Positions 13,245 to 25,880 of a stretch of DNA of 64,000 nt are shown in pieces. The position numbers were made by a program, and so were the translations under genes. The stretch spans positions 60,266,001 to 60,330,000 of the forward strand of contig NW_024704743.1 in assembly GCF_018977255.1 (NCBI RefSeq), given 5' to 3'. The first letter of the stretch is position 1, and every line of letters starts with the position of its first letter. The notes beneath the pieces are model-generated. The model ran no database searches and was not told where the DNA came from. It was given only the letters and a program-made list of their open reading frames with translations. The DNA is from Callorhinchus milii. Lineage: Eukaryota.

Positions 13245-13624
13245 GGAGTCCTGTAGCTCAGTGGTTAGAGTACTCGCCTCGCAAATGAGAGATCTGGGTT
13301 CGATTCCCGGCAGGGCAAAACGTTGGGCAAGTTTCCTTACTCCATGCCTCTGTTTACCTAGTAGTAAGTAGAAACCCAGTTGTTCGTCAATTGGCTGATC
13401 GCTTTTCCAGGGATAATAATTCTTTTTTTCCATCAAAAAAATAATAATAGTTTGGTCACTCAATCCATGACTATTTGTGGGACACTGCTGTGCGCAATTG
13501 GCTGCCGCGTTTCGCCCACAAAATGTACAGCCAATTCACTTTGCAGTATATTCTGTGAAGCGCTTTGAGACGTCTCAAAGATGTGATAACGCTCTATATC
13601 AAATGCAAGGATTATTATTATTAT
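13245..13624 (+). mobile_element. Young tRNA-derived SINE (family A), full length, Deu-like core and L2-like tail
   Basis: A box tagctcagtggttagag, B box ggttcgattcc, core tgggacactgctgtgcgcaattggctgccgcgtttc, tail ctatatcaaatgcaaggattattatta; many copies in the window. Confidence 0.9.
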
Positions 13625-13639
13625 GCGTCTCACTCTCTG

Positions 13640-14090
13640 GAATTATACCAGGGCTTAAAGGGTTGAATTATGAGGACAGGTTGCGTAAACTTGGTCTCTA
13701 TTCCCTCGAATTTAGAAGTTTGAGGGGGAATCTGATTGAGGTTTTTAAAATAATGAAGGGATTGGATAGAATAGATACAGGTAAACTATTTCCTCTGGTG
13801 GGGAATCCAGAACAAGGGGCAGAATCTTAAAATTAAAGCTAGGCCATTTAGGAGGGAAATCAGGAGGCAGTTTTTCACCCAAAGGATAGTAGAAATCTGG
13901 AACTCTCTCCCCCAAAAGACTCTGGATGCTGGATCCATTCACACTTTCAAGATGAAAGTAGATAAATATTTGGTAGGTCAGAATATTAAGGGTTATAGGG
14001 CAAGGGTGGGTAACTGGACTTGAGGTGTAGATCAGCCATGATCTTATAGAATGGCGGAACAGGCTTGAGGGGCTAGTCCTGTTTCTATGT
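13640..14090 (+). mobile_element. CR1 LINE 3' end
   Basis: [44 protein letters not shown]; 3'UTR gatcagccatgatctta...ggcttgaggggct. Confidence 0.9.
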
Positions 14091-15179
14091 ATCTATATAT
14101 ATATGAATATGTATCCAAATCTCTTCACCATATATCCTCTTTCCCTCTTCAAACAGTAGTTTTTGACTTTTAATTAAAACTACCCATTCTTGCCCTCTGC
14201 TCAAGGGTGTCCATTGTCTATGGGAGATCTTCGAGACGTTGAATTTTTGTGAAATGTGCTGTAGAAGTGCAAGTTATAGTTCTAACATACAGATTAGTGT
14301 TGGCTCATGGTGCCTCATTGTGTCTTTTGCTTTTCCAGCTCCCCACTGGGGCTAATCCTGTTTTCCTGCTTCTTCCCATTACCCCCTAATATCTTTAATC
14401 TTCATGTGTTTATTGAATTTCCTTTTAAATCTTGTATTGAAATGATTTCAACAGCCACATTTAGTAGTGTTCCACATCCTAATAACACTTTGTGTAAAAT
14501 AATCTTCACTATAGCCTATGCTTTTATATTCTAGTATGATTTGAGTTTACGCCGCCACTCAGATGCCACTTTTCTGTTTGAATGGATGAGGAGCCAAATA
14601 TCTTCCAAGATCAAACATATTTACATTCTTATAATAGAACACCACTGTCCAGAAACATGCTTGTGAAATTCTCTGCTCCTTCTCCAAATACTCTAGCTGG
14701 ATGCCTGGTCTTGAGTGCAGAACTCGACTGCAGATGTGAGATTAGGAAATCTCCTTCATACCTAGATTTAGCCACATCAATCCCTCAATATAAGAATAAT
14801 AATAATCTTTGCATTTGATACAGTGCACTTTACATCAGGAGGATGTCGAAAACTCTTCACAGGATTTACGATAAAATGCAGTGACTTTGCTTTTTGTAGG
14901 CAACAAATCGATTAATAACCAAGCTTCCCCCGCAAAATATACAGTCAATTCACTTTACAGTTTATTCTGTGAAGTGCTTTGAAACGTCTCGAAGATGTGA
15001 TAAGACGCAATATCAAATGCAAGGATTATTATTTATAAATTAATGAGCATTCACAGCACAACTCTACACCACTTAAGTATCAATATTTAGTGACTCACTT
15101 CATGGCTGTTTGTGGGACATCACAATGTGCATATTGACTGCTGTGTTCACTTACAAAATACAAAGTCATTCCACTTGTA

Positions 15180-15500
15180 ATGTTGGGGGAGCATCAGAGG
15201 TGTACTCCTTCAGATAGGACATTAAACTGAGGTCCTGTCTTGTCTTTCCTGGTGGATATTAAAGAACTCATGGCACTATTCTAAAAGGGAAGGGAGTTTC
15301 TCCCAGTGTCCCGGCCAACAATCCCCCAAATAAAATTGGTCATTCACTTTTTTGCTATTTGTGGAACATTGCTGTGAACCAATTGGGTGCCACTTTGGCA
15401 CTTTACCCAATACACAGTCAATCTACCTTGCGATAGATCTTGTGAAACACTTTGAAGCACTTTAGTTACATGATAAGGCACTAAGTCAAATGTGAGGATT
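15180..15500 (+). mobile_element. Older DeuSINE-type SINE (family B) body
   Basis: cattaaactgaggtcctgtct...ggtggatattaaaga..catggcactatt...gggagtttctcccagtgtcccggccaac; also at 34545-34860, 45520-45810 and 48400-48720. Confidence 0.75.
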
Positions 15501-16009
15501 CTTCTTCCTTTGGAGGGGAAAATGCTCTGATGCAGGCTTGCATGGACTAATTTGGGCTGTTGGACCTTATAATCCTAAATTCAGGGGCAATCTGAGCTAC
15601 GACTGAACCACCCTTTAATCTTTCTCCCATATTAGTGCTCAAACAGCTTGAAGCTCCTACCCACCCAACCACCAGCTGTGATTGATCTTCGCTGACTCTT
15701 GTATGTTGCAACGTAATTTGTTATAATTTAATATATAGTTTTTATACCGAAAACTCAAAGTGTTTCACACAATTAGTTACTTTAAAATGTAGTGACTGTT
15801 GTTATGACTGCAAATGTGATGGTTAACCTATGGCAGCATTTTGTTGCCAGCAAGATGTTGTTAGTAACAATGTTTATCTGTTTTTTGGGGGGCTAATATG
15901 GTGATGGAGGGTTATTCAGTTTTTTCTATGGTTATTAGGATGCTGGAAGAATATTGTTCAGAACTCCCTGCTTGAAATAATTCCTTTCGATCTTTAATAA
16001 TCTTCAATC

Positions 16010-16565
16010 TTTCACAAGCTGCAGGTCATTCAGAACTCTGCAGCTCGTGTACTGTCCCGCACCAGGCTTCGTGACCACATCACTCCCACCCTCGCTCGCC
16101 TCCACTGGCTCCCCATCCCCCAGAGGATCGAATTCAAGATCCTCATCCTCACCTACAAGGCCATTCACGGCCTCGCTCCCTCCTACCTCTCTGACTTACT
16201 ATCCCCCTACTTACCTGCCCGTACCCTCCGTTCCTCTGGCTCCGGTCTGCTCCACATCCCCCGCCCCAACCGCCCTACCATCGGTGGCCGGGCCTTCAGC
16301 CTCTCAGCCCCGAGGCTCTGGAACTCTATCCCCCAGTGCCTTCGTCGCTTCCTCCCTTTCCTCCTTCAAGGCCGGTCTCAAGATCTTTCTCTTTGACCGT
16401 GCCTTCAGCTCCCCTCTCGACTCTCTGCCCCCTCCTCGCTCCCTCCCTTCCCTCCCCTCACCCTGACCATTTCCCCCCTGCTCGAATCCTGACCCAACTG
16501 TACAGCGCCTTGGGACGTCCTCCCGACATGAAAGGTGCTCTATAAATGGAATCTTGTTGTTGTTG
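16010..16565 (+). mobile_element. Young L2 3' fragment
   Basis: Nearly identical to ~9930-10320; ends in gctctataaatggaatcttgttgttgttg. Confidence 0.9.
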
Positions 16566-16606
16566 TAATATACACCAGAGTAGACCTTGGTTTAATGGCT
16601 TGACAA

Positions 16607-16964
16607 TAGTAATAATAATCCTTGCATTTGATATAGCACCTTATCACATCTTCAAGACATCCCAAAGTGCTTCACAGAATATGCTGTAAGGGTGAATTGA
16701 CTGTCAGTTTTATGGGTGAAACGCGGCAGCCAATTGTGCACAAACAGTGGTTGATTGAGTGACCAAATTATCTTTTTTTTGAAGGGATTATTACCCCCAG
16801 AAAAGCGATCCGCCAATCGACTAACAACCGAGTTTCTACTTACTGCTACGTAAACAGAGGAGTGTGGATTAAGGAAACTTGCCTAATGTTTCGCCCTGCC
16901 AGGAATCAAACCCAGGTCCTCTCGTTGAGAGGCAAGTGCTCTAACCACTGAGGTACAGGACTCC
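16607..16964 (-). mobile_element. SINE family A, full length
   Basis: Reverse complement of the 13245-13624 element. Confidence 0.9.
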
Positions 16965-17422
16965 ACAAATGCAATGATTCCCTCAGTCATGCCCGCCTAG
17001 ATTAGAAGATCAGATGCACGTGTGGAGTTGGAGCTCACAACTTTCTGATCTAGAAGCGAGAGTCATATCAACTGAGCCAAACCATCAATGAATCAAAACT
17101 AATATTTGGTTTGGTATTTATCAACCATTGCTTTTTCAGTATAAATAGTATCTCTAAAAAATGTTGTTCACATGTCAAAGGAAAGGTCCAAGGGTTTTAC
17201 TATCCTCCCAGAAAATGCAAGTTAAAAAGATAACTGTTTCAACACAGATGCTGCATTCTGCAGATTGATTCTTCATCATAAAGATTTTGCAGTGATCAGT
17301 TTCATTTTCCTGTGTTCATTTCACAATTTAGCTGATCAGTTAATTCTTAAGATTTGCTGTAATATACAGCCTGGGTTTGAATTTGTTCTGTTAACTCACA
17401 CTTAACTTCTTCCTGTTTAAAG

Positions 17423-17621
17423 ATTATCCTATGCAATATCAAGCAGAGTTCTTTGTGAAGAACATGAATGTGGAAGAGATGCTGGCAAGCGAAGTGATTG
17501 GTGAATTTCTGGGAGCAGTAAAGAGTGTTTGGCAACCAAACCGCCTCGCTGCTATTGACATTGTCTCAGCTCTGGATAGGGGCGGGCGAGTCCCACTCCC
17601 CATCAATAATTTGAAAGAAGG
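17423..17621 (+). CDS. SGCE: SGCE exon 5 (199 nt)
   Basis: tttaaag|...|gtgagt; [66 protein letters not shown]. Confidence 0.97.
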
Positions 17622-18518
17622 GTGAGTTTAATGTGCCAGAAAAATGAGCAGAATAATTTTCAGATCACTGTTTAATCTACCAAGATTAAGATTTGATGAT
17701 AAGACATGCCAAATATTTTAGTTCCAAATATCTTCAAAAGTCTTCAGAACATTGTCTTAAAATTTAAAGTCATGCAAAACTTGGAGTTTTTTTTAAAAAA
17801 AACATTGCTGAAAAGCAGCTTAAAAACTAAGCCTCAATTTCAGAATTTTCCACAATTCTGCATAATTATTAACAGTCTAAAGGCTAAAACCAAGAGAATT
17901 TCTCACATTTGTTCTCTTCTCCACCTAAGACAAATAGGCAGACTCGCCTGTAAACAACTTATTTTGCCTAAACATTCACCAGATCACGTGATATTCACAG
18001 AATTGCAAGAAGCTATCACTATTTCCCTGCAGTGGTAATTTCACTTCCCTTGAAAAAGTATTTTCCCTACAAAAATACAATCACTGCACTTACAGTAATT
18101 ACATGTAAAGCACTTTGAGTTCTAGTATTATAGCCATTCTGTCAACTGAAAGGAATATTACTATTTTCTTAAAATCTTCCCCCCATGTTATTGGAGAGGC
18201 AATAACAAATCCTTTGTATTCACATCATCAACGTTTTAGCAGTGAAGCAGAAAATAGCTTGGGTAGACTCTGAAGCTGGGCAAGTAAGGGGGTTAGACCT
18301 TGTGAGACAGGGAAGAGAGGGTTCTCTGGGAGTAGAGGCAGAAGGTTGGGGAAAGACATGTATCTGGAATACAGTCAGTCGGAGAGAGAGGGAGATCTGT
18401 GAGATTAAGGAGAGAAGGTTAGTTGAGGATAAGGTCAATGAGAAATGAGATGACTACTAATGCTGCCATGTGGACAAAGGTTGAAAATGTCACACGCTGT
18501 TTATTCCTACCTCCCTAG

Positions 18519-18681
18519 GGTTTACGTGATGGTGGGTACGGATGTGCCATTCTCATCCTGCCTCAGGGAGACAGAAACCCCTCAGCACCTGATGAAGTGC
18601 AGCCAGCAGATGGAACCTGTCATCAGCTGCGACAAGAAATTTCGCTTCCATTTTGACATTGACTGGTGCAAACTGTCCTTG
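18519..18681 (+). CDS. SGCE: SGCE exon 6 (163 nt, four conserved Cys)
   Basis: ccctag|...|gtaagc; [54 protein letters not shown]. Confidence 0.97.
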
Positions 18682-19179
18682 GTAAGCTCTCCCCCACCGG
18701 GATCGTGCTCAGTTCCCAGCACCCCATCTCTGCAGTGCAATCTCCATGTTCCCATGCTCTCCCATTACATGCTTTATGTAACCACCAGGTTTTAATAACA
18801 TGGCTCAGCACTATTACCAAATTGCACACAGATAAGCAATTCTTCAGTTCTCGGCCTTTTGAGTGTTTTGAAACATTTTGAAGCTGTCACGCTTGTTGTG
18901 CAAAATCTGGTTTCCTTTTGCTTATTCGTTTGGACAGTCATTTTTTGGAAATGACTTGTGGACAAGTGATGAGGAGTTGAGGAGATATGTATCAAGGTGT
19001 CCTGCCTTTGTAAACAGATATTTGCTCAATTTTATCTTGAAGATGGTAAAGATGACCCTTTAATGCACTGAATTATTCCAGGTGAAAAATATCAAAACAG
19101 TTCATTTTTCCTTGTCCAAGCTTGTCTTCATAACCTTATCACAGACTTCTGGTAGTTTGCCCAAAGGATATAGCAGCTA

Positions 19180-19860
19180 GGGTGTTAATTGACTCATCGC
19201 TCACATTGTCAAAACAGTGTGAGGCAGCAATAAACAAGGCAAACAGTATGCTGGGCTATATTGCTAATCATTTGAGTTTGGATTCTCAGAAGTCATGTTC
19301 AAGCTGTATAGTTGGACTGCAGATGGACTGCTTACAGGTCTGGTAGGTAAGGGGTGATCCAGGCCCTAGAGCAGCACCAAATTACATTTGTGTAGCATCT
19401 TTCATGTCAGGTGGACGTCTCGAGGTGTTGGACAGTCAGGGATTTGGACCCGAGCAGGGGATGGGAGGGGTAAGAGGGTGGCCAAATGCAACAAGCGTGT
19501 TCCCCAGTGTTAGATGATTAGGTAAATTAGGCCTCTTGAGCTTTGAAAAGAGATGTCGATTTCAAATAGATTGGGAAAGCAAACCTAGAATAATACTTTC
19601 ATAATACGCCAAGACAGCAGAACAAGAGGATATATGTTCAGGATCGTAAAGAGCAATTTCAGAAGGGACAAATTATGTATTCCTTTACCCAGAGGGTGAT
19701 TGATGACTGGAACACGTTGCCAGGAAAGGTGGTTGAGACCAGGACACATTTAAAAAAAAATAACTTGATACTTTGATGGTAAGATGATGGGGTGGGCATT
19801 CTGAGAGGAGGAGATCAAATGGGCCAAAGGGCCTCTTCATCTGAAATTTGTGATCTTATG
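19180..19860 (+). mobile_element. Decayed CR1 fragment
   Basis: cagtgtgaggcagcaataaacaaggcaaacagtatgctggg; agaacaagaggatat; tttacccagagggtgattgatgactggaacacgttgcca (TQRV..WN.LP). Confidence 0.75.
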
Positions 19861-20421
19861 TTGCACACTTACATCAACACAGAAATTATACATCTCACCA
19901 TCTAAACCCAGTTCTCAGAAGTGAAAAGCCAGTAGGAGCTTGGAACCCATGGTACTCAAAGCCACATAGTCCAAGCACAACTTTCCTTTCAGGATTTCCT
20001 GTGTTCTGAACATATTTTCTGTGTTCAGAGGTGAGTTGCTGGCATCTCTGAACACAGTGGAGACTTTGACTTCACAGTTCTCTGACAACAGTGGTATTTG
20101 AATTGTGAATAGTCCATTTCAGTTACCACAACTTCCCTATAAAAGAAGAAATGAGAATCTACATCAGCAACCATAGCTTCCCTCCAGGAACTGGGATCTG
20201 ACTACTGCAGGAGTCTACTACTACACTACCTTGTGACCATTTGGACATGTCTTTTCCTGTTTTTCTCTTGTTTCCTTCATATTGACTTACTGGCTGCTGT
20301 CTACTTTAGTATGGACTTTGCTGCTACAAGTTTACAGAAAGCCCACAATATGTCCACAATGCCCCTAAGAGAATCACCTCAAATATTTCTATCTTCAGAA
20401 AGGAAACATTTTGTGTAGATG

Positions 20422-21200
20422 TGGGGAGAAAATCCACCTAGGTCTAGATTTGCTCTATTTATGTAATCTTTAAGCACATCCAGAATTTGGCAAATTGTTG
20501 AATTCATTCTTAACTTTCTGTCTTAACAGTCCTCCAGCCTCAATTTTTCCAAAGCACTCCTCGCTGGTCTCCCCAGCTCCACATTAACAAGGTTTAAATG
20601 ATTCAAAGCTCTGCCATCCATGCCCTCACCTGCACCAGGCTCTGCACCCCCATCACCAGAGGTCTTGCCAGGCTCCACCAGCTTCCTGTTGAAGAACGGA
20701 TGGTTTTGAAGTTCCTCACTTCCACTTTTAAATCTCTTCACCCCCTGCCTCTTCGATCTGCTCCCTCCCCACTCCTCTACCCACTGCCTTCACTCTGCTG
20801 GCTCAGCTCTTCTGTGTGTCCCGTGTTCCCTCCGCTTCACAATTGACAGCCGTGCTTTCACTATGCCCTGAATCTCTGGAACTCCCTGCCTCAATCCCTC
20901 GGTCTTCCTCCTCGTTAATTATCTTCACACCTGAAGACTTCCCTGTTTAACTGTGCCTTCGTTTTCCTCCCCTCCCTTTTGAGCCCGCGGTCAAACCTAA
21001 CCAATCTTAACCTCTCCGAGACCCTATCCGAATAAAAGGCAGATAACTATCAAGGCAAGTTGTTGTTGTTGTTAACTTTGAAGCCAGTTTTCTATAGTAC
21101 TTAAAATACCTTACAGAAAATTTAAAAAATAGCCAAATTCTGGTGCATCTAAAATGTTTAATAATAGAGTAAGTATAGATCCAGGTGGAATTTCTCCCCA
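20422..21200. mobile_element. MITE-like element with ~70-bp terminal inverted repeats, interrupted by an L2 fragment (~20528-21072, +)
   Basis: Left end tggggagaaaatccacctaggtcta...cagaatttggc; right end gccaaattctg...tagatccaggtggaatttctcccca; an uninterrupted 5' half is at 31888-32030. Confidence 0.75.
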
Positions 21201-21233
21201 GCAAATGCTGAAGTTGAACATCATGTGCATCTC

Positions 21234-21238
<5 letters not shown>

Positions 21239-21263
<25 letters not shown>
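21239..21263. repeat. (GA)n microsatellite
   Basis: gagagagagagagagagagagaga. Confidence 0.9.
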
Positions 21264-21264
<1 letters not shown>

Positions 21265-21807
21265 ACACAAATCTCAGTGTATCTGGCGATTCTGCCTTGT
21301 CTCAATTGGTGCAAGGTGCATTTGTTCAGGTCAATACCTAAATCCAATTTACATAGGATATAAGTATCCTCTTTTCACAGAGAATAGCAGCTTTCAGGAA
21401 CCAGGATGAGTGGTAAGCAATTTATGTTTCCATCACAGAAGCCAAAATGGTTCAGTAGTTCAGCTAAATGAGGCCTAAATGATCTCATGGTATTAGATTT
21501 AACAATGTCTTAAAATTTAAGATCATGCAAAATTTTTGGAAATTCTTAAATTCAGTCTTCATTTGGAAACTGAATTTTTCTTTAAAAGATTGAATTTAAA
21601 ATTTACACTGATCCTAAATTTCAAGACAGGGACTTTTCATACCACAGTTGTTTTAATGTTACGGGAGTAATTATCAATTATTTGTTGTATAACTAACACC
21701 TTTTATTTCAACACATTAACAGAAGAATGGGGGTGGGGGCAGGTGGTGATGGTGGTGGGGAACAAATAAACTAGCGGCAATTATTTTTGACTTGGTCTTG
21801 GTGTCAG

Positions 21808-22019
21808 GTCGATGTATGGAAGAAGCCGGCTTCCAACAATAATTTGGTTTTTGGAGACGGTGTCCTACCTGACGATGGAGAATATGATCCACCTTCCACC
21901 AACCTGAAGAGCAAGGACTATTACACAGACTTTGTGATCACGCTGGCAGTGCCCATAGCAGTCTCCCTGGTGCTGTTTGTCGTGCTGGGGTACATCATGT
22001 TCTGCCGTCGGGAAGGAGT
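21808..22019 (+). CDS. SGCE: SGCE exon 7 (212 nt, transmembrane helix)
   Basis: tgtcag|...|gtaagt; [71 protein letters not shown]. Confidence 0.97.
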
Positions 22020-22696
22020 GTAAGTACTTGTAGTGCTATCAACAAACATTTACACAGGCATCCAGACAGCTACACACTTTTTTTAAAATCGAAATATTTG
22101 ACAGCAAAAATGCCTGGATACTTTCCTTTTTACAATGATTTGGACACCTCTGGGGCTTATGTTGTGCTCGCTACCAAGTGTAGAGACTGACAATGTGGTT
22201 ATAAAAGTATTGGGAAAATCACATTCTTAACACACCTTGTCACACCAAGCACTTCACTTCACACCAAGCAGAATATCTCTACCCTAGAATAGTATTAGGA
22301 ATAGATCCTGCTTCATCCTATTTCAACTCCTACTGATGGTAATAATATCACAGGTGCAGTAGATCAAATGAAGAGACACAGCAGGTAGAGAATGCATACA
22401 TCCTCTGTCCATGTCATGCATGAATTCATATTTCAGCTCCATCCATGTGAATTTATTTTTCTCCCCTTTTTCTGTGGTCTGCTGTTTCATCTTGAGTCTC
22501 CATTACACTGGTGTCGTGTGTTTAAGTGTGTAACCACTTTGGCCCCGTGTACCTCCGAGACAGATACTGAGAGCCAGCCCCTCGGCTCAGCTTCTCAGCA
22601 TCTGGTGGAGGAAGGGCTACCCCGAACAGATAGCTTTTTTGATGTTTCGAGTACCAATGGCTATTATTTAATTCATTCATTTTGTTTTGTTCCTAG

Positions 22697-22723
22697 GCAA
22701 AAGAGAGCCATGCAAACACCAGA
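22697..22723 (+). CDS. SGCE: SGCE exon 8 (27-nt microexon)
   Basis: ttcctag|gcaaaagagagccatgcaaacaccaga|gtaagt; QKRAMQTP(D), corresponding to human EKRNMQTPD. Confidence 0.95.
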
Positions 22724-24269
22724 GTAAGTGTCTTCTTTCCTGTTTGTTTTTTAATTGAACATTTTATGTTTTAGTTTTTGTCATCAGACCACCACCTTGC
22801 CACTTATTAGGCTTCATGTCTGCTTCGAACCTTTCCTCGCTTGTCTTTCCATTTGGATTAGCCCATTTCTCATGGTTCATTTCACACCGTTGACTCACAG
22901 TTGAGGAACCCATTCAGTCAGATCTTTACATAGTGCAGGGAGGGCCTTGAGTCTTAAGTCACTCCTAACACCCTAATTCTATGTGAAGTCTTTTCTTCGT
23001 GGTAGGAAAAGCATGGAAAATCGTAGTGATAGAGACGGCATTGCTTTTGTTAGCTCCTGGATTTGAAAATAATGACAGCATCTGAACTCCCACTGGTTTT
23101 CTGTGAATCTGTGCATCCCTCTTGGGGATGAATAAGCACCAGCCAGTTATTAATTTCTGTGAGTTTTATTACCTATCCCATTAAAATCTCATCCTGGCAA
23201 TAACAGTGTTAGAGTAGATGTCCTCCTCTTATTGCATTCTTAACCCTCCCTCCCTCCCATGTTACTGATCCCTTCAACTTCACGGTAGGGGCGGTGGGGG
23301 GGGGTCACCTGGTTTGTGAACTCCCCATGGCTGCTCTGATGCTTAGACAAGAGCTTTGATTGATTGGTGAGTGAATGTGATCGGATGGATTTTCTCTCCT
23401 TTGTTTTGAGGTAGAATGTGTTCAGCAGGATATGAGACGAATCTGAATTGGATTTGAGACTGGAATTTTTACTTTGGCTCCTTTTGGACAGGAATCCAAT
23501 ATTGTACCATTGGAGCTGCTCTGCCCCAGCTCATGCTCAGACACAGCACTGCCACAGCACACATTACATTACAGAAACCTAAATCCTTCTACGTCACATC
23601 TCAATATTCAGACACCCTACAATACAAAGCGTTACCACACAATAGCAGTCATTGACAGCAAACGTAAACGCAAGCAATACCGAATGAAAGGATTTCACAC
23701 GGAGCCAATACCTGTAGCCAACAGCAACAACTTGCATGAATATAGCACCCCTCACGCCCTGCAGCAATGTCATTTCAATATGACTTAAAACTCACTTGTC
23801 GTTTTATTTTGATAATTTTAATTCCTGAAGCATGTTAGGCTTGAAGGGCTAAGGAAATAAGGCAGGGCAGTGGGATTGAATGAACAGCTTGCTCTGAGAG
23901 CCGGTACAGACTTGATGGGCCAAATAGCCTCCTTCTGTGCTGTAAATTTCTCTGATTCTATGATACCTCTCTCAAAGGCGTTTTATTCCTTTTACTTGCC
24001 ACTGGACGCAGTTTCACAGGTGCCTGGCACTTCTGTTGACAGGCTTTCCACTACGATGAATGAGGGGAGAGAAGGAGCACCAACAGCAGGAGGAACATGA
24101 GAGTGATCAGAGACTCAACATTCTACCAAGTCGTAGCATGGAAGATGATTTTGTCTTCAAATTTATTTGGTGCAGAATTGAGAACTCCAGATTGTTTAGA
24201 TTCTTAAATTCAGTCTTAATTTTGAAACATTTTCTGTGGTTCCAGCTTCCAAATTAAGACTGACTCACA

Positions 24270-24624
24270 CTTGTGTTCAAATCCCTTCACTCTGGCACCT
24301 CCCTATCTCTCTGACCTCTTCACTCTCCAATTCACCACCTAGTGCCTCTGCTCGACTTGCACCAGTCTCCAGCTTGTCCCTCTCTCGCTCCACCCCACCA
24401 TCGGAGGTCACGCCTTCAGCCATTACGCCCCAAAACACTTGAACACTCTCCCTCAATCCCTCTGCCTTGCCCCCTCGCTCCCCTTTTTTCAAAACTGCCT
24501 GAAAACCTTGCTCTTTGACCATGCTGACAGCCACCTCCCACTCGCCTCAGCTTGGAGTCATGCTCCGCCACTCTTACGTGCTCTGCCAGGAGGGCATTAT
24601 ATGAGTGCAAGTTGTTGTTGTTGA
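24270..24624 (+). mobile_element. L2 3' fragment inserted in an AT-rich palindromic MITE-like repeat
   Basis: ccaccatcggaggtcacgccttcagccattacgcccc; tail tgcaagttgttgttgttg; flanks 24145-24265 and 24625-24680 match the 29400-29575 family. Confidence 0.8.
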
Positions 24625-24774
24625 TTTAAGAATCTTCTATAATTCTGCGCTCTTAAATCTTAATTTCTAAGGCAAAATGGGCTACCAGCTAGGACTAGAA
24701 TTATAAGCCTGAATGGGAAGCAGGAATCCTGTCTGGAATCTCTGTTGTGCCCTCTTGTCCTGCTGCTTTTAAAA

Positions 24775-25135
24775 ATAATAATAATCCTTGCATTTGATAT
24801 AACGCCTTATCACTTTGTTGCAACGTCTCAAAGCACCCATAAGATAATACTAATCCTTGCATTTGATAGAGCGCTTTATCACGTTGTTGAGACATCTCAA
24901 AGGGCTTCACAGGATATACTGTAAAATGTAGTGACTGTGTTTTCTGGATGAAATGTGGCAGCCAATTGCCACAGCAGTGTCCCACAAACAGTCATGGATT
25001 GAGTGATAATTTATTTTTTTGGAGGGATTATTACCCCCGGAAAAGCAATCCACCAATCGACTAACAAACAGGTTCCTCCTTGCTGCTAGGTAAACAGAGG
25101 TGTGTGGTGTAAGGAAACTTGCCTAAGGTTTCGTC
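24775..25135 (-). mobile_element. SINE family A (5'-truncated, duplicated tail)
   Basis: Two tandem aatccttgcatttgata tails followed by the family A body. Confidence 0.85.
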
Positions 25136-25564
25136 CTTAAACATTTATTTTAATGGAAAACATTTAAATACGTATTTAAAAGATGCATTCAGGAAATCTT
25201 TTGGCTCCCCTGTTCAGCCATCGAGATAGGTAGATACAACCATTTTTTTAGTGGAGAAAGAATAAACAAAAATATTGGATTACATAATGCTCATCCTTGT
25301 TCTCAGTAATGCAAAAAAGATCATCCGATTTGAGCATAGCCACAGCAATACATAAGAGCAATTCACAAGGAATTTATGTAATTTTGAACACGGAATATTT
25401 TTTAATATATTCTATATATAGATGATATTTCTGGTCCTACACAAGGCTACAAGGAGCACTGTCGCTTCACAGTATAAACTGTGCGCAAATATGCTTTGTG
25501 CTAGCAGATGCTATTTTGAACAGTTTTTTGTAAAAACACATTTTGATGTGCAAGATTTTTATTA

Positions 25565-25880
25565 AATAATAGTAATAATAATAATCATTGCATTTGATAT
25601 AGCGCTTTTCACGACTTTGAGACGTCAACGCTCTTCACAGATTATACTGTAAAATTAATTGACTGTATATCTGTGGGCGAAACATGGCAGACAATTGCGG
25701 ACAGCAGTGTCGCACAAACAGTCGTGGATTGAGTGACCAAATTATTAATTTTTAAAAATTTATTTTGAGGGATTATTATCAGGCGTGTGGAGTCAGGAAA
25801 CTTGCCCAAGGTTTCGCTCTGCCAGGAATCGAACCCTCGCTTGCGAGGAGAGTGTACTAACCACTGAGCTACAGAGCTCC
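25565..25880 (-). mobile_element. SINE family A with internal deletion
   Basis: Tail, core and tRNA head (taaccactgagctacag). Confidence 0.88.

Noticed and set aside
13245..13320. tRNA-like sequence with A and B boxes (also at 16890-16964, 53205-53278 and elsewhere)
   Set aside because: These are SINE heads continuous with the SINE body and tail, not tRNA genes.
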